The notes beneath the pieces were generated by a model. It saw only the letters and a program-made list of their open reading frames with translations, was not told the DNA's origin and did no database searches. A stretch of 63,952 nucleotides of DNA, counting the filler, from Octopus bimaculoides (taxonomy: Eukaryota), in the NCBI RefSeq assembly GCF_001194135.2. It is 3 parts of 3 records of this genome, joined end to end, with 100 filler letters (N's around TTAATTAATTAA, not from the genome) between each part and the next. Parts side by side here need not be neighbours in the genome. Positions count along the whole stretch, not along the records: positions 26,482 to 55,236 come from NC_068994.1; 2 more parts are not named here. One strand, given 5' to 3'. This document shows, piece by piece, positions 26,382 through 39,764 of this stretch. How positions within the stretch are numbered: the stretch's first letter is position 1; each line of letters opens with the position of its first letter. Position numbers and translations under genes: made by a program.

Positions 26382-26481
26382 NNNNNNNNNNNNNNNNNNN
26401 NNNNNNNNNNNNNNNNNNNNNNNNNTTAATTAATTAANNNNNNNNNNNNNNNNNNNNNNNNNNNNNNNNNNNNNNNNNNNN
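26382..26481. other. Artificial scaffold joiner N44-TTAATTAATTAA-N44
   Basis: Exactly 100 bp; the 12-mer gives stops in all six frames; identical construct at 55237-55336. Confidence 0.92.
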
Positions 26482-26545
26482 ATAGTTTCTGGTGTTGTTT
26501 CAAGCGGCGGAAAAGTGTTTAATAACAATAGTACCATCTTGTCAA

Positions 26546-26613
<68 letters not shown>

Positions 26614-26701
26614 TATGTGTATGTGTGAGAGAGAGAGTGTGTGTTTGAGAGAGAGAGAGAGAGAGTGTGTATGTGTGTGTGAGAGACAGAGAGAGTGTGT
26701 A

Positions 26702-26751
<50 letters not shown>

Positions 26752-27000
26752 GCAAACAGACAGAGACAGAGAGAGGGAGAGAGAAAAAGAGGAAGAGAGG
26801 GTGAGATAGAGAAGGAGAGAGAGAAAGAAAGAGTCAGAGGGAGAGAGGAGAGAGAGAGGGAGAGGGAGAGAAATTAGAGAAAGAGAAAGTGAGGTAGAGG
26901 GAAAAGTAAAGGAAAGACAAATTAAAATTTCCAACTGTGAGGTGTTGTATTTCGATGCACTGTGAGAAAGGAATACACACACGCACGCACCCCCCCCGCG

Positions 27001-27033
<33 letters not shown>

Positions 27034-28050
27034 NNNNNNNNNNNNNNNNNNNNNNNNNNNNNNNNNNNNNNNNNNNNNNNNNNNNNNNNNNNNNNNNNNN
27101 NNNNNNNNNNNNNNNNNNNNNNNNNNNNNNNNNNNNNNNNNNNNNNNNNNNNNNNNNNNNNNNNNNNNNNNNNNNNNNNNNNNNNNNNNNNNNNNNNNNN
27201 NNNNNNNNNNNNNNNNNNNNNNNNNNNNNNNNNNNNNNNNNNNNNNNNNNNNNNNNNNNNNNNNNNNNNNNNNNNNNNNNNNNNNNNNNNNNNNNNNNNN
27301 NNNNNNNNNNNNNNNNNNNNNNNNNNNNNNNNNNNNNNNNNNNNNNNNNNNNNNNNNNNNNNNNNNNNNNNNNNNNNNNNNNNNNNNNNNNNNNNNNNNN
27401 NNNNNNNNNNNNNNNNNNNNNNNNNNNNNNNNNNNNNNNNNNNNNNNNNNNNNNNNNNNNNNNNNNNNNNNNNNNNNNNNNNNNNNNNNNNNNNNNNNNN
27501 NNNNNNNNNNNNNNNNNNNNNNNNNNNNNNNNNNNNNNNNNNNNNNNNNNNNNNNNNNNNNNNNNNNNNNNNNNNNNNNNNNNNNNNNNNNNNNNNNNNN
27601 NNNNNNNNNNNNNNNNNNNNNNNNNNNNNNNNNNNNNNNNNNNNNNNNNNNNNNNNNNNNNNNNNNNNNNNNNNNNNNNNNNNNNNNNNNNNNNNNNNNN
27701 NNNNNNNNNNNNNNNNNNNNNNNNNNNNNNNNNNNNNNNATATATAGTTCTCGAAACAGATGGTTCTTTGGGAGATTGCTCGCTACGATGTAAAATCAAG
27801 CAAGCTTTTTTTCTATCCTATATCAACTTGTAAATTTCTGTTACATTCTTACACTTTATACAAACATATATCACGTCTCCAAGTAATTCGTAATTCTCTT
27901 GACGCTAGTTGAGCACTTTTGTGTAGGTAGTTAACATGTAGAGGGACACTCTAATGTCAGTTGAAAGTTTATCTACTTGATAACAATACATACATACATA
28001 TATACATACATACATATATACATACATACATATATACATACATATATACA

Positions 28051-28082
<32 letters not shown>

Positions 28083-28449
28083 CATGTGGTTGTGTGATAA
28101 GAAGTTTGTTGCTCAACCACATATATATGTATGCATGTATATGTATTTGTGTAAAGGCTCAGCTACCTGTGTTAACATTTCCGCAGAATGGTTTCACCCT
28201 TGTGTCGCTTCACCAATTTTTCAGCGATGTTTAATCTGAGGCCCTGAAAATGACATAAAAACGTCGTAATACGCGAGAGGAGAGAGAGATTAGTTTCTGT
28301 TTTATCGCTCGTTATTTGTTTCGCGGTCCACTTTATGATAATAAGGATTTCTCACTAAAACAATTAACTGCATCGTCTTAAAACCGTTATTGAATAATCT
28401 GATTTTCTGCAAAATGGAGCAAATGAGATCACAAGCGTTGTATTTTCGC

Positions 28450-28520
28450 CCTTCTTTCTTTCCTTCTTTCCTTTCTTTTTTTCTTTCTTTCTTTCTTTTT
28501 CTTTCTTTCTTACCTTCTTT

Positions 28521-28552
<32 letters not shown>

Positions 28553-28646
28553 TCCTTCTTTCCTTTCTTTTTTCTTTCTTTCTTCCTCATTCCCTCCTTT
28601 TCTTCTTTCCTTTCTTCTTGCCTCCCTTTCTTTCTCTCTTCCTCCC
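28450..28646. repeat. (TTTC)n pyrimidine microsatellite
   Basis: Direct reading. Confidence 0.95.
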
Positions 28647-29640
28647 NNNNNNNNNNNNNNNNNNNNNNNNNNNNNNNNNNNNNNNNNNNNNNNNNNNNNN
28701 NNNNNNNNNNNNNNNNNNNNNNNNNNNNNNNNNNNNNNNNNNNNNNNNNNNNNNNNNNNNNNNNNNNNNNNNNNNNNNNNNNNNNNNNNNNNNNNNNNNN
28801 NNNNNNNNNNNNNNNNNNNNNNNNNNNNNNNNNNNNNNNNNNNNNNNNNNNNNNNNNNNNNNNNNNNNNNNNNNNNNNNNNNNNNNNNNNNNNNNNNNNN
28901 NNNNNNNNNNNGCTGCCGTTCTCAAGCTGACTAAATGGTAGAAAGGAAAAGGTGTTCCCGAGTTCAATTCCACTTTAAAGTGTCTCGGCTGTATTTTTCT
29001 TTTTTTTGTTGTCTTTTTTGTTTTTGTTATCTTTTTATATCTAAGGGACTTTATTCTCCTCTCCTTCAGTTCACTAAGCTGATGGTCGCGGTTGGAGGAG
29101 AAGCAGAACACATGTGGAGGGAAGGGTGAATAAATATATGTGTGTGGTTGGGAGGAAAGGGTGCAATAAGGGAAAACTTACGAGTGGAGGGAGCATGACA
29201 ACGGGTAGTATTGCTGGTTATAGCCAAGAGCAAAGGCCTCTTTAGCTTTCGGTACTGAGAAGGAGGAGAACTCTTCAGCTATTTCCGGAATCGCGATCGG
29301 TGTTTGTTTGCTAGCAGCAGCCATTGTTTTGTTGTGACTGGCTTTGCTGTTCACTTATTCTCTGTTTCTCTTTCAAATTGTTCATACTTCAATATATGTA
29401 ACAGCATAGTTTCGGAATGGCTCTGTCTTCTTCGCTGGATGTCACTGAAACGTGCCTGCACATGAACACCACTCTCGGCCATATTGGTTTTGGATAACTT
29501 CGTTGTTTCGTACCACAATGGCGACGAAGAGTCAAACGTTAACGAATGTCATCGCTGATATTCTTTACAGCGATTCTCGTGTTGCACCACACTGTGTTGT
29601 AGCACTTGTCTATAGACACTAATTCGGCCTTCTCTCTCGT

Positions 29641-30198
29641 CCTATTGCCAGTCGTGAAAACCAGGCATACGGTCCCATGAGTCCCAGACTAAACAGTGGA
29701 GAAAATACTGTTCCACACATCGGTCAGTACTGCATCCGGTTGATGCTATGAAAGTATAAATAAACCAGAAGGTATTAGAGATGCAAGGCTACATCAATTT
29801 CCTTTTAGTTCACTCTTAAAGACCTCAAGTACTACAGTTCACAGCTGTATTACTCGTACAGGAGTAGCTATTAGTAAGCTTTACATCTGCTACATCACAT
29901 TAGTTTCTAAATTGAAACAGGCTTTTGGCTTTTCAAACGTTTGACATTAGCTTGGTTCGATTTCTCATTGGAATTGTGATTATAAACTAAAGTGGGCAGT
30001 TAACGGGTCATCCTGTTGGTAATCGTGAAAACCAGGCATACATTTTCATAAGCCCTACCCTGACCAATCGAGAAAATATCGTTCCACGCATCGGTCAGTA
30101 TTTCATCCAATGGATGCTATGAAAGTATGAATAAACCCACTGTGGTTTTAAAGAGGCAAAGTTATATGAAACTTCCTTTTGTTCACTCACAAAAAACC
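29641..30198. repeat. Diverged direct repeat pair (~185 bp; 29641-29824 and 30012-30198)
   Basis: Shared blocks TCGTGAAAACCAGGCATAC, GTTCCAC.CATCGGTCAGTA, GATGCTATGAAAGTAT.AATAAACC and TTCCTTTT.GTTCACTC. Confidence 0.85.
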
Positions 30199-30919
30199 AC
30201 AGACAAGGAGGCGTTTTCATCAATGACATCTCTGCCACCTAGATTTTTTTACTCTGCAAAATCACACATATTCAAAGCCTTTCTGACGCTTGCAATGTTG
30301 GCAAATGAATAGCTTACAGTCTCGACAGTGTTGTTTAGAAAATCATATTCGATAATAAAGGCAAATTTGTTTTTTGTTTTGTTTTTTTCGTTTTAGAAGG
30401 ATGCGTATATTTATGTTGTAGCTTCTGTTGTTGATGTACTTGCTGTTGTTTTGGTTGTTGTAATTGTCTAAATTGACGTTTTTAACTGCTGAAATATATA
30501 TATTTTTTCCATGTAAAACGCGCGAATCTGCTATAAAATAAAATTAGTGTTTTAATTTTCTCTGTTATTTGTTCTTCGTAATTATGTTCAATGTTCACTT
30601 CGAGGGTGCATTTCTCAGACGAGGAGCCATATTCTGATGGATGTAAACAAAAAATAATTCTAGGTCCAAAAAATGACAGATTTCGTGTCTCCTTCTTTAT
30701 AGGATAAACGTCCAACGCCTTCCAAGAGGATCTCTGTTGAAAATTATCCAAAAAGGAATATTTTTCTTCCATCTGTACTCGGCAAAAAAAAAAAAAAAAA
30801 AAAAAATAATATTGATAATAATGAGAGGTATAATAATATTTGGTTACATTGGCACAGGGCCACACAAATTCATACTATTATTAAGTTGTAAAAGGAAAAT
30901 CAGCCATAAACGATAACAA

Positions 30920-31285
30920 TAACATGATGATGGTGATGATGATGATGAGGAGGAGGAGGAGGAGGAAGCGGACGGTGGCGGGGAGTGATGTAGCGGTGGT
31001 GGCGATGGTGGTGGTTGTTGTGCTGGTGGTTGTTGTGCTGGTGGTGGTGGTGGTGATGGTTGTGACGATGATGACGATGAGGAGGAGGAGGAGGAAGAAG
31101 AAGAGGAGCATGACGGTGGTGGGGGTGGGGTGATGTAGCGGTGGTGGTCGTAGTGGTGGCGGTAGTGGTGGCGGTGGTGGTAGCGGTAGTGGTGGCGGTG
31201 GTGGTGGTCGTGACGATGATGATGATGATGATAACAACAGCTACAATAAACAACAACGACAGCAACAACAACAACAAAAGCAATA
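30920..31285. repeat. Mixed trinucleotide low-complexity tract (GAT/GAG/GGT/AAC)
   Basis: Direct reading; includes a partial ~140-bp internal duplication. Confidence 0.9.
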
Positions 31286-31679
31286 AAAACACAAACAATC
31301 GAATCGATTTAGTATTGGCTACCGAGGAAATTAGACAGGAAGCAAAAAACTATAATTTATTGATGTTTTTAGACGTACGTATGGCGTCATCGCGAGATTT
31401 TCGTTTCTGCTGGAATTTTAGAGATGATTACAAGTTCGTTTGACAATACAATTCTGGAAAGATGCAACAAAACTACCAGATAAATGAACACTGACATCTA
31501 TATATGATGGACGCTTTTAAATATATATTAAAATATACATAGATTGAACGCATACATACAAAAAGAGGAACTCATACAGTCTCACTAAAACAGAAAAATA
31601 CACACACACACACACACAGACACATTTGTAGATTTATGTGTACGTACAGTCTTCCATATGTGTATGTGTGCGCGTTAGA

Positions 31680-31882
31680 ATGTGTGTGTGTGTGTGTGCG
31701 TCCGTGTGTGTGTGTGTATGTGTGAGTGTGTGCGCATGAGTTATGTATATATATATAGATATAATGTGTGCACATATATATGTGTGTGTGTGTATCTAGT
31801 AATATATGTAAAATATTTGTATATATGTATATATAAATATATATATATAATACATATACATACATATATATATGCATAAACA

Positions 31883-31959
<77 letters not shown>

Positions 31960-32773
31960 ATTTGCATATATATATGTTTATATATATATATATAATGTAT
32001 ACATTTATACCTATATATATATATACATATACAAATACATAAACACACGCATATACACATATATGTGTATATGTGTGTATATATATATATATAAATACAT
32101 ACATGCATACATACATACATACATACATACATACATACATTTATATACATACATACATACATATCGTTATAATCGAAAATGGGATGGATTTTTCTATAGA
32201 TTTTGGTAGCTTTTAAGACGCATTGGTGCCATTGACTGTTGAGTAAAACTAAGGAGAAGGAAGAGAAAAAGAAAAAAGGGGCGTAGAAAATAGGGAGGGG
32301 ACACATGAAAAGGGACAACAAGGCAACGACATAAATATGAAGGAGTTCAGTGGCGTGAGTATGTATGTGTTTACATGTATGTATGTATGTATGCATTGCT
32401 TGTATGTATATATGACTGTATATGTGCATGTATGTATATATGTACGTATGTATGTATTGCATGTATGTATGTATTGCATGTATGTATGCATGCATCTGTA
32501 TGTATGTGTGTATGTATGTGTGTATGTATGTATGTGTATGCATGTGTGATTGCATATATTTATGTATGTGTGTATGTATGTATGTGTATGCGTGTGTGAT
32601 TGCATATATTTATGTATGTATGTATGATTGTATGCGTATATGTGTGTATGTATGTATGTATGTATGTATATATGTGTGTGTGTATGTATGTATGTATGAT
32701 TGTATGATTGTATGTATGTATGTATGCTGTATGTGACTGTATGTATGTATATATGTATGTTGGAATGTGTGTG

Positions 32774-32818
<45 letters not shown>

Positions 32819-32928
32819 ATGGATGGATGGATGATTGTATATCTGTATGTGTGCAGGTTCGTATGTACGTGTGAGTGTATGTTTGTGTACGTGCATCATA
32901 TATCTATATAAGTCTTAGTATGGTTATG

Positions 32929-32966
<38 letters not shown>

Positions 32967-33017
32967 CATACAAATGTATATATATAAACGAACATATTTA
33001 TGAATACCTGTGTACGC

Positions 33018-33048
<31 letters not shown>

Positions 33049-33050
33049 CC
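31680..33050. repeat. Extended TA/TG/TATG microsatellite mosaic
   Basis: Direct reading. Confidence 0.95.
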
Positions 33051-34483
33051 GGAGTAAGCACATAAAATGTGCAACAAGGTGGAAAAAAGAGTACTCAAAT
33101 ACCAGAGGTAGAGTAATATGCTTTATTTAAAAGCAGCACTGCTTTTAAATAAAGTATATATATNNNNNNNNNNNNNNNNNNNNNNNNNNNNNNNNNNNNN
33201 NNNNNNNNNNNNNNNNNNNNNNNNNNNNNNNNNNNNNNNNNNNNNNNNNNNNNNNNNNNNNNNNNNNNNNNNNNNNNNNNNNNNNNNNNNNNNNNNNNNN
33301 NNNNNNNNNNNNNNNNNNNNNNNNNNNNNNNNNNNNNNNNNNNNNNNNNNNNNNNNNNNNNNNNNNNNNNNNNNNNNNNNNNNNNNNNNNNNNNNNNNNN
33401 NNNNNNNNNNNNNNNNNNNNNNNNNNNNNNNNNNNNNNNNNNNNNNNNNNNNNNNNNNNNNNNNNNNNNNNNNNNNNNNNNNNNNNNNNNNNNNNNNNNN
33501 NNNNNNNNNNNNNNNNNNNNNNNNNNNNTATATATATTACAAATTAAAAGGGTAAAGGATTATCAATTTATAAATTAATAAATCAATTAACAATTAATAA
33601 TTTTTACCAAGCCCATCGGTATGAAAGCACCATTATTGGTGGAGAACTTATTTAAAAGCTCATATATATTTATAAACATAATTAAGGGATCAGCAAATAT
33701 TTGCTTCACCATATACCGAAGTTCAGAAATAGCAGCTAAAAAAGCTGAGAATCCCACAGATAGCATCACTTGTAACACACAAAGGCAACGACGAGTTTCT
33801 TTCAGCTTCCGTCAGCCAAATCCACTCTCAAAACGTTGGTCGGCCCGATGCTGTAGTAGAAGACACTGGCTCAAGGTACTACGCAGTGGGACTGAACCCG
33901 GAACCATGTGGTCTAGAAGCAAGCTTCTTACCACACGGCCGTGCCTGTAAATTTAAATATAAGAAACTCATTCATTCCACTTTGACGACACCGTACCAAT
34001 TATTTTCTGAGGAATTTCATAAAAGGAGAAATCTGCTTGTGCAGCCAACCGCCATCGGCACCATCTTGGATATGTTAGCAGTACTCTATTGTTAGATGTA
34101 CTTGAGCATCGTCGGCGATCTGTAACTGATAGGAAGCTTCACTTCGGACAAATGACTAACAACGATTTACAAAATTTGCACCGCCTTCACCACCCGACAA
34201 TTAACTCATTTGTTTTCAAACCAGTTGATGTGTGCAGTTGGCTGATGGGGGCGACTGAATGGAAGCGTAGTCTAGGGCTGTAATCTCTGATTGCTTAACA
34301 CGTAAATAAATTGCGCTCGCGCACACGCACACACACACACACAAATACAAAAAGGTAGACATATATACACACATACACACAGGCACATCTATATATACAT
34401 ATGCCTAGATTAATGAATACATTCATACACACAGACGAGCACACACATACACACACACACACACACCCCGCATACACACACAC

Positions 34484-34520
<37 letters not shown>

Positions 34521-35349
34521 AACTTGCTTACACACAGACGTACACACGCACACACACATATATACACACTTGCTTACACGCAGACGTACACACACACACA
34601 CATACATGAATACACACACACACGCATACATGCATACACACACACACAANNNNNNNNNNNNNNNNNNNNNNNNNNNNNNNNNNNNNNNNNNNNNNNNNNN
34701 NNNNNNNNNNNNNNNNNNNNNNNNNNNNNNNNNNNNNNNNNNNNNNNNNNNNNNNNNNNNNNNNNNNNNNNNNNNNNNNNNNNNNNNNNNNNNNNNNNNN
34801 NNNNNNNNNNNNNNNNNNNNNNNNNNNNNNNNNNNNNNNGACCCATTCTCCCCACCATCCAAACCACCCGACCCCCACCCGATCACTAATCTCCTTCCTA
34901 TCTGTAACCCTCCACCTCAACCACCCAGAACTTAGCGAGAGCCAAAACCGGAAGTATCACTGTAGCAGGCGGGAACTTCCTGTTGTGGTGGAGGTGGGAG
35001 GAGGCGCCTACATAGATTTATACACACTACACGGTCTGTCGCTGTGCGATCTTTTATCAATCACCTACCTAACTTCACACCCGGCTCTCAGCTCTTAAAC
35101 ACTACCCCTTAACTTAATACCCTGTTTGAGACCCCACCCAAGCAATATCTCCCTATCTGTATCTTCCGCCAACTATTTCGTTCACCACTTACTTACAGAT
35201 TCTAACCCTGCCCGTCCTACACTGAAGTTTGAGGAAATCATTTAACAAGAGAATTATGACAGCCATTTGTTTTTTTGTTTTTTTGTCTTTTAAATAATCG
35301 AAGATAATTTTTTCATTCTTTTATTTTCATTCTTTTACTGGAAGGAGGG

Positions 35350-35592
35350 GGGGGTGAGGTTAATGATGATGATGATGATGGTGAAGATGATGATGACGAT
35401 GATGATGATGATGGTGATGTTGTTGTTGGTGGTGGTCGTCGTGGTCGTGGTCGTCGTCGTAGTCGTGATGATGATGATGATGACAATGATGATGACGGCT
35501 TCTCGAATAGGGAACGATGCAAGAGCCATCATCATCATCATCACCACCACCACCACCACCACCATCATCATCATCATTATCATCATCATCAT
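35350..35592. repeat. (GAT)n/(CAT)n trinucleotide tracts in opposite orientation
   Basis: Direct reading. Confidence 0.9.
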
Positions 35593-35869
35593 TATCGTTC
35601 AATTTAACGTCGCTTGAGTTGAAACCTTGGACATGGAACTTGAAGTAATTGCATTTTCCACTCGCCTTGATTTCGTCCCACATGTCTTTAATAAAAACAA
35701 ACAAACAAAAAAAAAAGAAGAAAATTTGAAAGAAAAGCTTTGTTACTGAAGAAGCTACAGAATAATTTTGTTTCGAATAGAGTAACTTTGTACCGAGCTT
35801 ATTTCAGTTTCACTTTCTAATTACGTAATCCGAGATGGTGCACTGTGAACCCCCTATAAAGACCATGGA

Positions 35870-36162
35870 TTGCAACTAGAAAGTTCTCTTTCAAGGCACA
35901 AGTCTGGACAAGGTTGTTTATGGATGATCAGCAGTCATCCATGCACATCAGACCCCACTCTCCATGACACTGAGGATATCTAAAAGAAAGTAAAAAGGTC
36001 GATACAGCGATGTTGCAACTCATTTCTACAGCTGAGTGAACTGGAGAAACGTGAAGTAAAGTGTTTTGCTGAAGAGCACAACGCACAGCCCGGTCCGGGA
36101 ATCGAACTCACGACCTCATAATTGTGAGCCCGATGCTCTAACCACTGAGCCATGCGCCTTCA
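35870..36162 (-). mobile_element. SINE family D (tRNA-like head plus GTG.TCTT.AGCAA.ACACTTT core)
   Basis: Minus strand GGCGCATGGCTCAGTGGTTAGAGC...GAGTTCGATTCCCGG, then a core similar to that at 45940-45990. Confidence 0.75.
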
Positions 36163-36430
36163 ATACTCTATATAGAGCAGAGATAATAAAAAGTATATAA
36201 TAGAAGAAGGTAGAATCCAAAACGCAAATACATCGATGTAGATCCCTTTTACAGCAACAGCCCACAAATATGTAGACAGCTTTATTTATTTATTTATTTA
36301 AAAAAATTTTTTTTACTTGTTTTAATCATTGGACTACAGCCATACTGGGGCAATCTTGGAGAGTTTTAGCTGAACGAATCAACCCCAGAGAACTGCTATT
36401 GAATGTCTCTCGGGAGAGATTTACAAATAG

Positions 36431-36478
<48 letters not shown>

Positions 36479-36937
36479 AAGAATAAGCCCCGGGGTCGAT
36501 TTGCTCGACTAAAGGCGANNNNNNNNNNNNNNNNNNNNNNNNNNNNNNNNNNNNNNNNNNNNNNNNNNNNNNNNNNNNNNNNNNNNNNNNNNNNNNNNNN
36601 NNNNNNNNNNNNNNNNNNNNNNNNNNNNNNNNNNNNNNNNNNNNNNNNNNNNNNNNNNNNNNNNNNNNNNNNNNNNNNNNNNNNNNNNNNNNNNNNNNNN
36701 NNNNNNNNNNNNNNNNNNNNNNNNNNNNNNNNNNNNNNNNNNNNNNNNNNNNNNNNNNNNNNNNNNNNNNNNNNNNNNNNNNNNNNNNNNNNNNNNNNNN
36801 NNNNNNNNNNNNNNNNNNNNNNNNNNNNNNNNNNNNNNNNNNNNNNNNNNNNNNNNNNNNNNNNNNNNNNNNNNNNNNNNNNNNNNNNNNNNNNNNNNNN
36901 NNNNNNNNNNNNNNNNNNNNNNNNNNNNNNNNNNNNN

Positions 36938-36985
<48 letters not shown>

Positions 36986-37013
36986 CGTTTGTGTGTGTAT
37001 GTATGTGTGTGTG

Positions 37014-37169
37014 TGCGTAACCGTGTGGTAAGAAATTTGCTTCCCAACCATGTGGTTCACGGTTCAGTCCCACTGTGTGGAACCATGGACAATTGTCCTC
37101 TACTATAGCCTCAGGACGACGAAATCCTTGAGAGTGGATTTCGTACACGGAAACTGAAAGAAGTTCGTC

Positions 37170-37207
<38 letters not shown>

Positions 37208-38160
37208 NNNNNNNNNNNNNNNNNNNNNNNNNNNNNNNNNNNNNNNNNNNNNNNNNNNNNNNNNNNNNNNNNNNNNNNNNNNNNNNNNNNNNNNNNNNNN
37301 NNNNNNNNNNNNNNNNNNNNNNNNNNNNNNNNNNNNNNNNNNNNNNNNNNNNNNNNNNNNNNNNNNNNNNNNNNNNNNNNNNNNNNNNNNNNNNNNNNNN
37401 NNNNNNNNNNNNNNNNNNNNNNNNNNNNNNNNNNNNNNNNNNNNNNNNNNNNNNNNNNNNNNNNNNNNNNNNNNNNNNNNNNNNNNNNNNNNNNNNNNNN
37501 NNNNNNNNNNNNNNNNNNNNNNNNNNNNNNNNNNNNNNNNNNNNNNNNNNNNNNNNNNNNNNNNNNNNNNNNNNNNNNNNNNNNNNNNNNNNNNNNNNNN
37601 NNNNNNNNNNNNNNNNNNNNNNNNNNNNNNNNNNNNNNNNNNNNNNNNNNNNNNNNNNNNNNNNNNNNNNNNNNNNNNNNNNNNNNNNNNNNNNNNNNNN
37701 NNNATATATAATGTATGTATATATGTATGTATACATATAGATATGTATGTAGGCATGTATATATATATATATATATATAAGATTAAGATTAAGATTAATG
37801 TAATATAAAGCTGAAAAAAAAAAAAAAAATTAACACCAAATATACAGTGCGTGTGTTTTTATTGGCTAAACTGGCAATATGACCATCCCCAAGTACAACA
37901 ATATATATATATATATTTATTTATTAATTTATAATGAGTGTGTGTGCGTGTTTTTGTGTATGTGTTTGTTCCCCCACCCCATCCCACCCATTGTCAACTG
38001 GTGACGGTGTGTTTACGTTCTCGTAACGTTGCAGTTCGGCAAAAACAAACGAAAGAATAAGTACCAGGGTTTAAAAATAAGTACCGGGGTCGATCAGTTC
38101 GACTGAAATTCCTTAAAAGCAATGCCCTAGCATGGCCGCAGTCTAATGACTGAAACAAGA
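37014..38160 (+). mobile_element. SINE family A with gapped central microsatellite
   Basis: Left arm 37014-37170, right arm and tail 37950-38160; continuity across the gap is inferred. Confidence 0.7.
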
Positions 38161-38720
38161 CATAGAAAAAAAACACACAAGAAATATATATGTGTATGTA
38201 TGTATGTATGTATGTATGTATGTACGTATGTATTGCGTGTGTGTATGTGTGTGTAGCATATAGAGGGCGTGGAGGCATGCGCGATGCTTGGTGCCATGAA
38301 GTCGCATGCGTCACTTACTTCCTGTTGCCTGTCTGTAGAAAGCTTTGAGTGTCTAGATTTATAAAGATTGCTTCAGCGATTTCCCCGTCGTTCATTTATC
38401 TTTTTTATCTCTTTTAGGATAACAATGTTATAGATACACGTTTCTCTCTCTCTCTCTCCCTCACTCTTTCTAATGTGGTGATTAAACGTGTAGTATAGGG
38501 TGCTTCCCTGTTACTCGTCTGTTCTGGCTTACCAACACCCGCACTGAATTTCGACAGTGTAAAGTTTCCTCTATTCGTCTATTTAAACCATGAGTTCTCA
38601 ACCATTTTCTATCGACGAACCCCTTTGATTATAATTTTATTCTGATGGACAAACCATTGCCATTTGGTGTTTAAAAACTAAGTTTTACAGAATCTTCTTT
38701 CAAAATACCTATTTTGTTAA

Positions 38721-38918
38721 TTCTTTTATTTTTTATTTGTTTCAGTCATATGACTGCGGCCATGCTGGAGCACCGCCTTTAGTCGAGGACTTATTCTTTG
38801 CAAGCCTAGTACTTATTCTATCAGTCTCTTTTGCCGAACCGCTAAATTGCAGAGACGTAAACGGACCAGCATCAGTTGTCAAGCGATGTTGGGAGGACAA
38901 ACACAGACGCACAAACAT

Positions 38919-38951
<33 letters not shown>

Positions 38952-39110
38952 CGTCGGGCTTCTTTCAGCTTCCGTCTACCAAATCCACTCACAAGGCTTT
39001 GGTCGGTCCGAGGCTATAGCAGAAGACACTTGCCCGAGGTGTCACGCAGTGGGACTGAACCTAGAACCATGTGGTTGTTAGGCAAGCTAATTACCACAAA
39101 ACCACTCTTG
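38721..39110 (-). mobile_element. SINE family A, complete ungapped copy with (TATG)n centre
   Basis: Tail, right arm, (CATA)n, left arm and head all contiguous. Confidence 0.9.
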
Positions 39111-39441
39111 CGTTTAGTTTGTATTTTGCACATTAACTTGGATACGTTTGAACTATACAAAATGCTAGAGAAAGAAACCTGGCTGTCTCATGCAATAAAT
39201 ACCAATACATGCATCAAAGGCAAAGTTTGTTGATGGGCCCTTAAACTATTATCGTGGATCCTCAATTTCCTATTTTGTTGTATAGACTCCCCAAAAATCT
39301 TGTATGGACCCTCAGGGACCACATGGACCCCGGATCAGAACCACTGATTTAAACACTCTTAAGTTATCAGATAGTTTCTTTTAAAACCAAATTCCGAATA
39401 TCTTCCTTCGGGAATCATTCTGAGTGGTATGTGGGAGCGGA

Positions 39442-39764
39442 CTGTTGTTTGTTGGCACTCCGTCGCTTACGACGTCGAGGGTTCCAGTTGATCCGATCAA
39501 CGGAACATCCTGCTCGTGAAATTAACGTGCAAGTGGCTGAGCACTCCACAGACACGTGTACCCTTAACGTAGTTCTCGGGGGATATTCAGCGTGACACAG
39601 TGTGACAAGGCTGACCCTTTGAATTACAGGCACAACAACAGAAACAGGAAGTAAGAGTGAGAGAAAGTTGTGGTGAAAGAGTACAGCAGGGTTTGCCACC
39701 ATCCCCTGCCGGAGCCACGTGGAGCTTTAGGTTGTTTTCGCTCAATAAACACTCACAACGCCCG
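39442..39764 (-). mobile_element. SINE family B, young copy cut by a gap
   Basis: Near-identical to 43171-43558 and 51472-51859. Confidence 0.92.

Noticed and set aside
29225-29290. Minus-strand CUGAAGA...GAAA with a good stem III and CUC triplet
   Set aside because: Stem II is a pyrimidine run without pairing and stem I has only three weak pairs; probably chance
29180-29500. Two short minus-strand ORFs (MAESGVHV..., MAAASKQT...)
   Set aside because: Under 50 codons with no recognisable homology or splice evidence
30881-31298. Poly-Pro/His/Thr ORFs here and at 35313-35704
   Set aside because: Trinucleotide repeats are open in several frames on both strands; no domain or splice support
33636-33740. 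GAACTT/AAGTTC-A-GAAA resembling the hammerhead family
   Set aside because: The core would need three substitutions, there is no NUH triplet or stem I, and GAAATAGCAGC belongs to another common repeat
35742-35786. CTGAAGAAG...GAAT hammerhead-like string
   Set aside because: GAAA and the cleavage triplet are absent
36090-36162. tRNA-like sequences here and at 26184, 43480-43558, 45990-46062, 51780-51859
   Set aside because: They lack a complete acceptor stem and T-run terminator and continue into SINE bodies
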